Below are positions 9,778-17,792 of a DNA stretch of 64,000 nucleotides, piece after piece (position 1 is the stretch's first letter; each line of letters opens with the position of its first letter). Both the position numbers and the translations under genes were made by a program. Source of the DNA: Patescibacteria group bacterium (lineage in GTDB: Bacteria > Patescibacteriota > Patescibacteriia > 2-02-FULL-49-11); NCBI GenBank assembly GCA_041645165.1, contig JBAZQN010000004.1, positions 18,789 through 82,788 on the forward strand, in the 5' to 3' direction. The notes beneath the pieces were generated by a model, which worked only from the letters and a program-made list of their open reading frames with translations, did not search any database and was not told where the DNA came from.

Positions 9778-9886
9778 TAAATCAAAATGCAAATCTCAAA
9801 ATCCAAAATGAAAGTGTAAAATTTATAAATTTTGATTTATCATTTTGATTTTTGATTTTTGGATTTTACATTTATACGGTAAGGTG
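9778..9886. repeat. AT-rich inverted-repeat element (family caaaatgcaaa...cattttgatttttgatttttggattttacatt) between carA and carB
   Basis: Imperfect ~40-bp palindrome. The right arm 9841-9872 is identical to 62931-62962, and the left arm matches 62868-62895 with 2 mismatches. Confidence 0.7.
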
Positions 9887-9895
9887 CAGTATCCT

Positions 9896-11032
9896 TCATA
9901 GTAATTTTACAAACTCATCAAACAGATAATTCGTATCATTCGGTCCTGGATGCGCTTCGGGATGAAATTGCACCGAGATAAACGGCAGCCTCCGGTGTGC
10001 GATACCTTCAACGGTCTTGTCGTTGGCATTGCGGAACGATACGCGCCACTGCTTCGGCAGAGAAGATTCGCGCACCGCATATCCATGGTTCTGCGAGGTG
10101 AGCACGCAACGATGGGTGCCTTCAATGCGGCACGGCTGATTCTGCCCTCGATGGCCATAGGGCAACTTATATGTGTGAGCTCCCGCGGCAAGCCCCATCA
10201 ATTGGCTCCCAAGACAGATGCCAAAGAGGGGACGCTTTTGCCGAAACGCTTTTTGCAGAAGAGCGATAGTAGCGCGGCACTGCATGGGATCTCCCGGCCC
10301 ATTTGAAACCACAATGCCGTGAGCGCGAAGCCGGGTAAAATCATAGTCATAGGGCACGCGGGTGACCCGCACTCCGCGCGCTACAAGCGAACGCACGATA
10401 CTTTCTTTCGCGCCGCAATCAACTAAAATGACGTGCTTTGCGCCTCGCCCGACATGCGATACGCGCGGTACCGTGACCTGTGCCACAAGATTTTCTTCGT
10501 TGGGATCTTTGTTTTCCACATACGCATGACTGTGCACAATCGTCCCGCGCATCACCCCGTGCGCTCTGATCTTTTTAGTAAGCGCGCGGGTATCTACGCC
10601 CGCAAGGCAGGGCACTCCTTCCCTTATCAGCCACCGCGAAAAAGAATGCACGCCCTCCCAATGGCTCCAATGCTCAACGCACTCGCTTACAATCACCCCA
10701 CGGACCTGCATCTTTTTTGACTCCCAGCTCTTAGCGGATGGGACGCCGTAATTGCCAATAAGCGGATACGTAAACACGAGTATCTGCCCCCTAAATGAGG
10801 GGTCAGTGAGCGACTCGACATAGCCGACCATGCCGGTGGTAAATACTACCTCCCCCCCCGCAGATACAGGCGCCCCGCAGGACACCCCAGACCATCGTGT
10901 GCCGTCCACAAGGGCAAGTTCGCCCGCTAAAGGTGCCTTCCTAAAAGGCCAAAAAAATCCCCCTTGTGGGGGAATGGGAAAAACGGCAGTAGTTTGGGTG
11001 TTGGGCGCACGTCTGGTAGAGCGAAGAGGCAT
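9896..11032 (-). CDS. carA: carbamoyl-phosphate synthase small subunit (glutamine amidotransferase)
   Basis: GEVVFTTGMVGYVESLTDPSFRGQILVFTYPLIGNYG. GATase triad region GICLGSQLMGLAAG...HGYAV...FHPEA. The N-terminal ~40 aa are atypical and contain a GC palindrome. Confidence 0.9.
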   Translation of the reverse strand: MPLRSTRRAPNTQTTAVFPIPPQGGFFWPFRKAPLAGELALVDGTRWSGVSCGAPVSAGGEVVFTTGMVGYVESLTDPSFRGQILVFTYPLIGNYGVPSAKSWESKKMQVRGVIVSECVEHWSHWEGVHSFSRWLIREGVPCLAGVDTRALTKKIRAHGVMRGTIVHSHAYVENKDPNEENLVAQVTVPRVSHVGRGAKHVILVDCGAKESIVRSLVARGVRVTRVPYDYDFTRLRAHGIVVSNGPGDPMQCRATIALLQKAFRQKRPLFGICLGSQLMGLAAGAHTYKLPYGHRGQNQPCRIEGTHRCVLTSQNHGYAVRESSLPKQWRVSFRNANDKTVEGIAHRRLPFISVQFHPEAHPGPNDTNYLFDEFVKLL

Positions 11033-11336
11033 GGATGGAAAGGTTGAATTAAACCTTTATCTAAGACGCCCTGTAAAAATAACTTCACGCTTTGATTAAC
11101 TGCCTTGCCTGAAATAATAGCATTATATACAAGAACGACCCTATAAGTTATTTTTTCTGGCACCCTAAAAGACAGTATAACGGCAAAAAGGCTATCAAAC
11201 AAGTGGTTTAAGTCGAGTGTGCCCCCCCTGCCATCTTTAGGGGGCTCTAAGGCAAGATATTTTTCCACAGGCAGATGAATCCAAAGTGTTCATTTTTTCG
11301 CTTAAGTACGAATAAATTCAGCATTTTCCTCCCTTC

Positions 11337-11365
11337 TTGACTTTAGCTCTTTTCTCTGCTATACT
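11337..11365 (+). promoter_or_regulatory. near-consensus sigma70-type promoter TTGACT-N17-TATACT
   Basis: ttgact at 11337-11342, a 17-nt spacer, and tatact at 11360-11365. It lies ~550 nt upstream of the next + strand CDS. Confidence 0.45.
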
Positions 11366-11731
11366 GCTGATGTAAAAATAAAGTCACCCAAGTTAAGAAG
11401 CGGAGAGCGGAGGTCTCATCTTAGCTTTAAAAACCAAACTTAAGGTATTACCTCCGTTTTCTACTTCTCGAGGATAATATTCGCCGATATTATCCGCAGT
11501 TATAAAAATAACTGAAAAAATAAAAATAAAAAGTTTTATTTCGTACGCAATTACCCTTAAAAAAGGTATTGAATGTACGAGGAGGGAGGTAGAGAATATA
11601 GGGCTATTTAAAAATTCGGCAATAGCCTAAAGGGGCTTACATCATCATCTCCGCTTTTACCCACCAGGGTGAGAACGGGGTGGGTATTAGTCCCTTGAGG
11701 CCCACGCTGGACCCTATATTCTTTTTTATTC

Positions 11732-11758
11732 GGCCCCTAGCGGGGCCTCATTTTTTTT
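11732..11758 (+). terminator. Rho-independent terminator (ggcccc-tagc-ggggcc followed by T9)
   Basis: GC hairpin immediately followed by tcatttttttttat. It closes a ~370-nt non-coding transcript from the promoter at 11337. Confidence 0.45.
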
Positions 11759-11913
11759 ATTGCGCACTTATCCTATACATGGTAGTATCAATACACCTTA
11801 GGCGCCATAAAAAAAATAACAAATCCAGCCATTGGCATGATAGTTCTGGAAAACAAGGCTAAACCTTATGCTTAAGTGAAATGTTATTTTTTTAAGCGCC
11901 CTTACCTCATGAT

Positions 11914-12303
11914 ATGACTTTTCCGCTTTCACTTATCAAAGAGCAAAAAAAGAAACTCGAGCAAGAGCGCGACCAGCTGAAAAAACAGCTTGACGCCATC
12001 TCGAAACGCGGCAAGGGGAAAAAGCCCCGCGGGCTTGATGCGAAATTCCCCTCGTACGGAGACAAGGAGGATGAGAACGCCGCAGAGGTTGCCCAATATT
12101 CTGATGATCTTTCGCTCGAAGAGACGCTTGACCATGCGCTCGCCGACGTAGAGGGCGCACTGAAACGCATAGAGAACAGCACGTATGGCGTATGCCGGCA
12201 CTGCGGCGAAGCGATCGACCAACGGCGCCTTAACGCGCGCCCCTCTTCTTCCTCATGCGTAAAATGCAAACAGAGGCTGAAATCCGGCGGAGGAAAAAAA
12301 TAA
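11914..12303 (+). CDS. DksA/TraR-family C4 zinc-finger protein
   Basis: Coiled-coil N-terminus followed by CRHCGEAI...RRLNARP....CVKCK, the DksA/TraR signature. Confidence 0.7.
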   Translation: MTFPLSLIKEQKKKLEQERDQLKKQLDAISKRGKGKKPRGLDAKFPSYGDKEDENAAEVAQYSDDLSLEETLDHALADVEGALKRIENSTYGVCRHCGEAIDQRRLNARPSSSSCVKCKQRLKSGGGKK

Positions 12304-12327
12304 TATTCCATTGCGCGTAATCAGTGT

Positions 12328-12768
12328 ATGGATGTGAGGAAGTATTGCGGAGATAACAACAATGACATAATCGTATCCGCGCTTTTCGTACTCGACCGTG
12401 TATTGAAATGGCGCGCGCTCACCCATCCTCCTTCCCCCCCGGATGGTTTTTTTGTATATCACCAAAATCCCGGCATCGCGTTCTCACTGCCTCTAGCACC
12501 TATCCCGCTGATCACACTGCTTATCCTTGGCGTCGCGACAGTCGCGTGGCTGTATATCCAGCAACGTAAAAAATCAGTGCGGCACGCGCTCCCCTACCTC
12601 CTCATACTCGCAGGCGCCGTTTCCAATATCATCGACCGTCCGCTCTCAGGCGGAGTGATTGACTATTTTTTTCTTCCCCCTTTGGGATTGTATTTTAACA
12701 TTGCGGATGTCATGATAGTGGGAGGAATACTATTGCTTATCTTCAATAAAGATGAGAAGATAACATAA
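12328..12768 (+). CDS. lspA: lipoprotein signal peptidase (signal peptidase II)
   Basis: HQNPGIAFSL, AVSNIIDRPLSGGVIDYF, YFNIADVMIVGG motifs. Four TM segments. Confidence 0.8.
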   Translation: MDVRKYCGDNNNDIIVSALFVLDRVLKWRALTHPPSPPDGFFVYHQNPGIAFSLPLAPIPLITLLILGVATVAWLYIQQRKKSVRHALPYLLILAGAVSNIIDRPLSGGVIDYFFLPPLGLYFNIADVMIVGGILLLIFNKDEKIT

Positions 12769-12794
12769 TCCTTGAATGGATAAAATATAATATA

Positions 12795-12925
12795 AAATCA
12801 GGTCATGAATTTTCAATTCTCAATTTACAATTTTCAATCAATGACCTCATGTCTCTATTCTCATACATTGAACCATTGATTCATTGAAAATTATTTGAAA
12901 ATTGATACCTGAAAATTTAGGTACT
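12795..12925. repeat. AT-rich hairpin-rich intergenic element (aattttcaa / ttgaaaatt word family)
   Basis: ggtcatgaattttcaattctcaatttacaattttcaatcaatgacc hairpin plus cattgaa...ttgaaaatt repeats. The same words recur at 29190-29369. Confidence 0.5.
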
Positions 12926-12930
12926 AACTT

Positions 12931-14454
12931 ATGGCTACCAAAGTCTTTTCTGCGGCAATCGTAGGTTTGGAGAGCGAGCTCGTCGAAGTGGAGGCTGATG
13001 TCGGCAATGCGCCGTCCGCATTTATCATCGTGGGGCTCCCTGATAAAGCCGTGGAGGAATCAAAGGAGCGTATCAGATCAGCAATGAAAAATTCCGGATT
13101 GGAATTTCCGCGCCCCAAGGTCACGGTGAACCTCGCGCCCGCAGATTTGAAAAAAGAAGGCCCGAGCTACGATCTGCCCATCGCGGTGTCCGTGCTTGCC
13201 ACGCAAGAAGCGTTCATGTGGGCTCCTGAAGACCAGCGTGCGCTGTTTGTGGGGGAATTGTCCCTTGATGGCCACTTGAGACCTATCCCGGGCGCGCTTT
13301 CCATCAGTCTCCTTGCGAAACGTAAGGGGTTCCCGCGGATTTTCCTCCCTGTGGAAAACGCGGCAGAGGCTAACCTTGTGCCCGACTTGGAAATCATGCC
13401 GGTTACTACGCTGTCAGCGCTCGTACTCCACCTTACAGGTGAACGCCAAATAGCGCCGCTTAATTACACCCCTCCCGCCCCTCCGGAGGGTTCAACAAGC
13501 CGGTATGATATGTGCTATATCCAAGGCCAGGAGCACGTGAAGCGCGCGCTCGAGATCGCTGCCGCGGGCGGGCACAATGTGCTGATGTCCGGACCGCCCG
13601 GCGCGGGGAAAACCCTGCTGGCGAGAACCCTCCCTTCCATACTCCCCACCCTCACGCTAGAGGAAGCGCTCGAGGTTACCCGCCTTTATTCTGTGTCAGG
13701 CGTGATGCCAAAGGAATCCCCGCTCCTCTGGGAACGGCCGTTCCGCGCCCCTCACCATACGGCGTCAGGAGTCGCGGTGGTGGGCGGAGGCACCATTCCC
13801 CGCCCGGGGGAAATCAGCCTCGCGCATCGCGGTATTTTATTCCTTGATGAATTTCCGGAATTCGGACGGGCGGTGCTTGAAAATCTGCGCCAGCCGCTGG
13901 AAGACGGCGTGGTGGCGGTCTCCCGCGCGGCAGGCACCATGCAATTCCCCGCGAAATTCATGCTCATCGCGGCCATGAACCCATGCCCCTGCGGTTATGC
14001 CACTGACCCGACGCGCCATTGCCTCTGTAGTGTGGGACAAGTGATGAAATACCAAAAACGGCTTTCAGGGCCGCTCCTCGATAGGATCGACATCCACACA
14101 GAAGTCCCAAGGCTCAAATTCGAGAAACTTGCCGACACTGCGGTTGCTGAATCCTCATCTGCGATCAGGAAACGCGTAGAGCAGGCGCGGCAGAAGCAAT
14201 ATGCACGCTTCAAAGGGTCCCCCATCCTTACCAATGCCGAAATGTCGTCGCGTGAAGTGCGCGAGTATTGTCCGGTGAGCGTTGGAATACAAACCATCCT
14301 TAAAAACGCGGTCACCACCATGCATCTCTCCGCGCGAGGCTATTACCGCGTGCTCAAAATCGCGCGCACCATCGCGGATCTCGGCGGCGAAGAGCCGATT
14401 ACCACTTCACACGTCACCGAAGCGCTCCAATATCGGCCGAAGGTGGGAGAATGA
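12931..14454 (+). CDS. YifB/ComM-family Mg-chelatase-like AAA+ ATPase
   Basis: Lon-like N-terminal domain. Walker A LMSGPPGAGKT and Walker B ILFLDEF. C-terminal MgChelatase domain. 507 aa. Confidence 0.9.
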   Translation: MATKVFSAAIVGLESELVEVEADVGNAPSAFIIVGLPDKAVEESKERIRSAMKNSGLEFPRPKVTVNLAPADLKKEGPSYDLPIAVSVLATQEAFMWAPEDQRALFVGELSLDGHLRPIPGALSISLLAKRKGFPRIFLPVENAAEANLVPDLEIMPVTTLSALVLHLTGERQIAPLNYTPPAPPEGSTSRYDMCYIQGQEHVKRALEIAAAGGHNVLMSGPPGAGKTLLARTLPSILPTLTLEEALEVTRLYSVSGVMPKESPLLWERPFRAPHHTASGVAVVGGGTIPRPGEISLAHRGILFLDEFPEFGRAVLENLRQPLEDGVVAVSRAAGTMQFPAKFMLIAAMNPCPCGYATDPTRHCLCSVGQVMKYQKRLSGPLLDRIDIHTEVPRLKFEKLADTAVAESSSAIRKRVEQARQKQYARFKGSPILTNAEMSSREVREYCPVSVGIQTILKNAVTTMHLSARGYYRVLKIARTIADLGGEEPITTSHVTEALQYRPKVGE

Positions 14455-14579
14455 GACAGTCTTCAGTTTATTAGTTTTTCAGTTCATCAGTCGTCAGATT
14501 GGAGGGCGGTATTGATATAGTGTATTCAATAAACGCAAGAAGTCCCCAGGATGCACGAAGTATCTGGGGACTTTCGGTT

Positions 14580-15950
14580 TTAACGATCGAATGGCATCTT
14601 GCGATTAATCCATTCGATCAATTTCTGTCGCCACCGAGGTCGTTTCCCGCCTTGAGGAAGGAGAGGGAAGGTGGTGTTTTTCCCAAATGGCGTGAGAAGG
14701 ATGATGATGGTAAGGTAGGCAAGGTTGCTTGCCCACCTATGCCATCTGCGTGGGTGGGTGAGGGGAGAGCCCAGCGCGGCGAAGTCGAGGTTATAGAAGA
14801 AACTTGGATGACGAACTGTCTTCTCTACTGGCGCGGCGAAATTTACACTCATCCAGTTGTCGTTCTTCGGGATGAACATCTTCGCTAGATATGGTCTTGC
14901 CACTGCTCCGCAGAAGAAACTTTTACGAACACTGTACCAAACAGTCTTCGCAAGCGTTCGTAAGTTATCTTCAGGAAAGCCAAACACCATCAACAGCTCC
15001 GCCGTAATCCCGACTTCACGGCAAATTTCCAGAACACGGTCACCGAGGGATAACCGGTTGTGGGTTTTATTCTCATCACGCCAGACTTTCTCATCCGTAC
15101 CGTCGAAACCGAACCCAACCGCAAAGAGGTTGGCTTTCATTACCAATTCGTGAAAGTTCGGCAAGGTTTTATAGGCAGTGATAAATGAGGAAATGCAGGA
15201 GAGTCCACGGATGCGAATCTGCACCCCGGTCTTCTCACTCACATCTCCCACAATGGTGAGAAAGTCAGCGAACAACCGCGGGCTTTGAAACAAGTCCAAA
15301 CTGGAGATATAGAATTGTAATTTGGACAGTCCAAATTCTCTTGCCTTACCTGCGAGGTATTGCAGGTCGGTCCGAATCTTCTCGAGAGAACGGAACCGTT
15401 CCTGTCGTGATTTTGCCGCACCGCAGAATCGGCACGCAAAACGGCAGCCCTGCGCTACAAAGAGACCTGCTTCTTGCTCGAGATAAAGTTTCAACGCCTC
15501 GTCCGAGATAGTTTTGTACATCTTAACGCAGTCGATCTCAAACACATCTGGAAGTTGGTTAACGCCGAGTGCTTTTTTCAAGGTGCTATCATTGTTAATT
15601 TGGATAGGTTTATCGCCGAAGAGCGTTTTGAACTGATTAGGAAGCAATCCTTCAGTCACTTGTCCGCCAATAAGAATCGTGGCGCGAGGATTAACTTGAT
15701 ACACTTGGTTCGAGAACTGAATAGCGTCCGGCATATTAGAACTACCAACAAGAGAGGTACCAATAAAATCAGCTGCACGGACTTTATCTTGTACCCATTG
15801 CTCGTCAAGGGAGTTAAGATTGAGATCAATCAACTCGACCTCAAAGCCTGCCTCAATAAGTTGTGCACCCACAACGATCAGGGTGCTGGGCAGGTATATT
15901 TGCCGTTTCCCAAACGGGTACGGCAGATTAAACAGTGATATCTTTTTCAT
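14580..15950 (-). CDS. radical SAM protein with N-terminal B12-binding-like domain (second rSAM locus). The C-terminal ~50 aa are low-complexity and may be over-extended
   Basis: CxxxCxxC motif AQGCRFACRFCGA. N-terminal Rossmann-like domain. A glycine-rich GFGFDG region. Confidence 0.7.
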   Translation of the reverse strand: MKKISLFNLPYPFGKRQIYLPSTLIVVGAQLIEAGFEVELIDLNLNSLDEQWVQDKVRAADFIGTSLVGSSNMPDAIQFSNQVYQVNPRATILIGGQVTEGLLPNQFKTLFGDKPIQINNDSTLKKALGVNQLPDVFEIDCVKMYKTISDEALKLYLEQEAGLFVAQGCRFACRFCGAAKSRQERFRSLEKIRTDLQYLAGKAREFGLSKLQFYISSLDLFQSPRLFADFLTIVGDVSEKTGVQIRIRGLSCISSFITAYKTLPNFHELVMKANLFAVGFGFDGTDEKVWRDENKTHNRLSLGDRVLEICREVGITAELLMVFGFPEDNLRTLAKTVWYSVRKSFFCGAVARPYLAKMFIPKNDNWMSVNFAAPVEKTVRHPSFFYNLDFAALGSPLTHPRRWHRWASNLAYLTIIILLTPFGKNTTFPLLPQGGKRPRWRQKLIEWINRKMPFDR

Positions 15951-15985
15951 GATTTAGCTCCTTTTTAAATTGTCAAAGAATTTTC
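15951..15985 (-). promoter_or_regulatory. conserved leader motif TTGACAATTTAAA(AA)GGAG immediately upstream of the start codon (copy 1)
   Basis: Minus-strand reading: ttctttgacaatttaaaaaggagctaaatcATG. It is almost identical to the leader of the adjacent gene (16560-16595). Confidence 0.4.
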
Positions 15986-16004
15986 GATTTTAGTTTTAGG
16001 ACTC

Positions 16005-16559
16005 TTACCAAGAGAATTCGAGCCCCAGCAGGTTTCCTGCCCACTGGGTTGGTTTCCAAAGCCTCACTTTACAGCAGAAGCGCCCCCATCTGGCTTTGAC
16101 AAAGGGTCCAACTTTAAGCTGACGGCTCTCATTGAAGATCCAAATAAACTGTTCCCCAATTCCAATATCGAGTGATTTCTTTTTAAGAAGATGGAGGTCT
16201 GTGAGGTGGTAAAGCCATCTCCCCTTCCTAGTCACTGAAACTTGATTAAGGCCAGTGACATATTTGTTATCGACATAGCACTCAAAAGAAAATCCTGCAT
16301 AATGGCCAAACAGTATCCCAATGGCTGGGATAATCTTGAGTGGAGTGATTTGGAATGGTGTCGATTTGCCGATGAATGTTTCTAAGGTTTTTTCAAAGTG
16401 GTTATATCTTGCATCTATCCAAATTCCGCCCACTTTGATACTCCCCCATAGAAATGGCTCTATCCCTTTTTCGGTAGAAGCCATGAACAGCGTAAAATCT
16501 TGCGCGGACGCGGTGTCCACGCATGCGAGGGCTAAAAGCACAAATAATATCTTTTTCAT
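16005..16559 (-). CDS. hypothetical secreted protein (signal peptide MKKILFVLLALACVDTASA)
   Basis: Classic Sec signal peptide. 184 aa. Aromatic-rich with a C-terminal EFSW. It is paired with the rSAM gene and shares its leader motif. Confidence 0.5.
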   Translation of the reverse strand: MKKILFVLLALACVDTASAQDFTLFMASTEKGIEPFLWGSIKVGGIWIDARYNHFEKTLETFIGKSTPFQITPLKIIPAIGILFGHYAGFSFECYVDNKYVTGLNQVSVTRKGRWLYHLTDLHLLKKKSLDIGIGEQFIWIFNESRQLKVGPFVKARWGRFCCKVRLWKPTQWAGNLLGLEFSW

Positions 16560-16595
16560 TGTATTTCTCCTTTAAATTGTCAATGATTCTATATT
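16560..16595 (-). promoter_or_regulatory. conserved leader motif TTGACAATTTAAAGGAG (copy 2)
   Basis: Minus-strand reading: tcattgacaatttaaaggagaaatacaATG. Confidence 0.4.
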
Positions 16596-16799
16596 TCTAT
16601 ATTTCGGATTTTAACGAGGTAGTATATGCCTGTGATAGCAAATGTATAGGCTATCTAAGACACTTACATTAGATATTGCAATTTTTTGGCTAATATAATA
16701 TAATAAAAGTGTCGGGGAAGTTTCCACAACATTGTCATGTAGAAGCCACTTTACGCCTTGAATAACGCAAGTTCACGCCATTGGTCATAACTCCCCTAG

Positions 16800-16875
16800 C
16801 CCCTCTTATCCTAAAGAGGGGGGAAATTGTGCGACACCCTCACCTTAATCCTCTCCCTTTCTAGGAAGAGGGGGT
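16800..16875. repeat. two GC-rich palindromes (cccctcttatcctaaagagggg; ctctccctttctaggaagaggg) upstream of TrmB paralog B
   Basis: Members of the CCCCTC..TTA..TAA..GAGGGG hairpin family seen throughout the window. Confidence 0.7.
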
Positions 16876-16886
16876 ACGAAAGGAAT

Positions 16887-17648
16887 ATGAAAGAAGATTT
16901 ATTAAAAATACTCGCAGATATTGGATTTTCGGAGAAAGAGGCGAAAGTGTATCTCGCCCTGCTTGCGCTTGAAGCGGCGACGGCGAATGAGATCGCAAAA
17001 AAAGCAGACATCAATCGGACATCAGCATATGATGTGTTGGAAATTTTAATTAAAAGAGGAGTGGTGAGCAAATACAAGAAGAAGAGCCGAACGTTTTTTA
17101 ACGTGAGCGATCCGAGGAAACTCATTGCATATCTCGAGCATGAAAAAGCTGATCACGAGAAGACGATTGAGAAACAGAAGACAGCGGTGTCCGTAATCCT
17201 GCCCGAGCTTATTTCTTTGCAAATGCCCTTAAGCACGAGGCCGAAGGTGCAGTTCTATGAAGGCGAAAAAGGAATGCGGGAGGCGTATGAAGATACGCTT
17301 AACGCGAAGGAAGGAATCTTGGCATATGCAAACGTTGAGACTGTTCATGCGGGTATTCCGAATTTTTTTCCGGAGTATTATCAGAGGAGGACAAAACTAG
17401 GAGTACCTATTAAAGCAATTTTTACAGAAAACGAACTTTCGCGTGAACGCGCTTCTCATAATCGGGAAGAGCTACGCCAAACAAAATTTTTACCTGATGC
17501 AAGCATGAAATTCTCGCCCGAGGTGAACATCTATAATAATAAAGTACTTATCGCGTCATGGCAGGAAAAAATGGCTGTGATTATTGAGTCCAAGGAATAC
17601 GCAGATCTCATGCGGCTGACGTATCAGTTGTTATGGGATCGGCTTTGA
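16887..17648 (+). CDS. TrmB-family HTH transcriptional regulator (paralog B). The ORF-track TTG start at 16827 is probably upstream of the true ATG
   Basis: MKEDLLKILADIGFSEKEAKVYLALL aligns with the N-termini of paralogs A and C. An RBS-like aaaggaa precedes the ATG. Confidence 0.7.
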   Translation: MKEDLLKILADIGFSEKEAKVYLALLALEAATANEIAKKADINRTSAYDVLEILIKRGVVSKYKKKSRTFFNVSDPRKLIAYLEHEKADHEKTIEKQKTAVSVILPELISLQMPLSTRPKVQFYEGEKGMREAYEDTLNAKEGILAYANVETVHAGIPNFFPEYYQRRTKLGVPIKAIFTENELSRERASHNREELRQTKFLPDASMKFSPEVNIYNNKVLIASWQEKMAVIIESKEYADLMRLTYQLLWDRL

Positions 17649-17760
17649 CTTTCTAGTGCCGTTACAATATAGTTTTCGGTGATGCGTTTCCATAATTCAT
17701 CCTATTTTATTATATATTTTATGAATGGTATATCTGAAATTCAAATTGTAACGGTACTAG

Positions 17761-17786
17761 ATTCCGGATCAAGTCCGGAATGACAC
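17761..17786 (+). promoter_or_regulatory. ATTCCGGATCAAGTCCGGAATGACAC palindromic leader element immediately upstream of pyrC
   Basis: Perfect hairpin attccgga-tcaag-tccggaat followed by gacacatacctATG. A near-identical GGAATGACAC.TAC..T-ATG tail precedes pyrD. Confidence 0.5.
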
Positions 17787-17792
17787 ATACCT

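Noticed and set aside
9778-9886. Possible CRISPR array suggested by the repeated aaaat/ttttg words
   Set aside because: There are no regularly spaced direct repeats with unique spacers. The structure is an imperfect palindrome, and copies are dispersed as single units.
11368-11731. RNase P RNA, tmRNA or 6S RNA in the promoter-terminator bracketed transcript
   Set aside because: I could not find the P4 (AGGAAAGUCC / ACAGAA) motifs, a tRNA-like acceptor/T-arm with a tag ORF, or 6S architecture. The region is left as an unclassified ncRNA or leader.
14499-14888. 129-aa plus-strand ORF overlapping the 3' end of the B12-rSAM gene
   Set aside because: It overlaps the rSAM C-terminus on the opposite strand and has low-complexity composition. 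No support.
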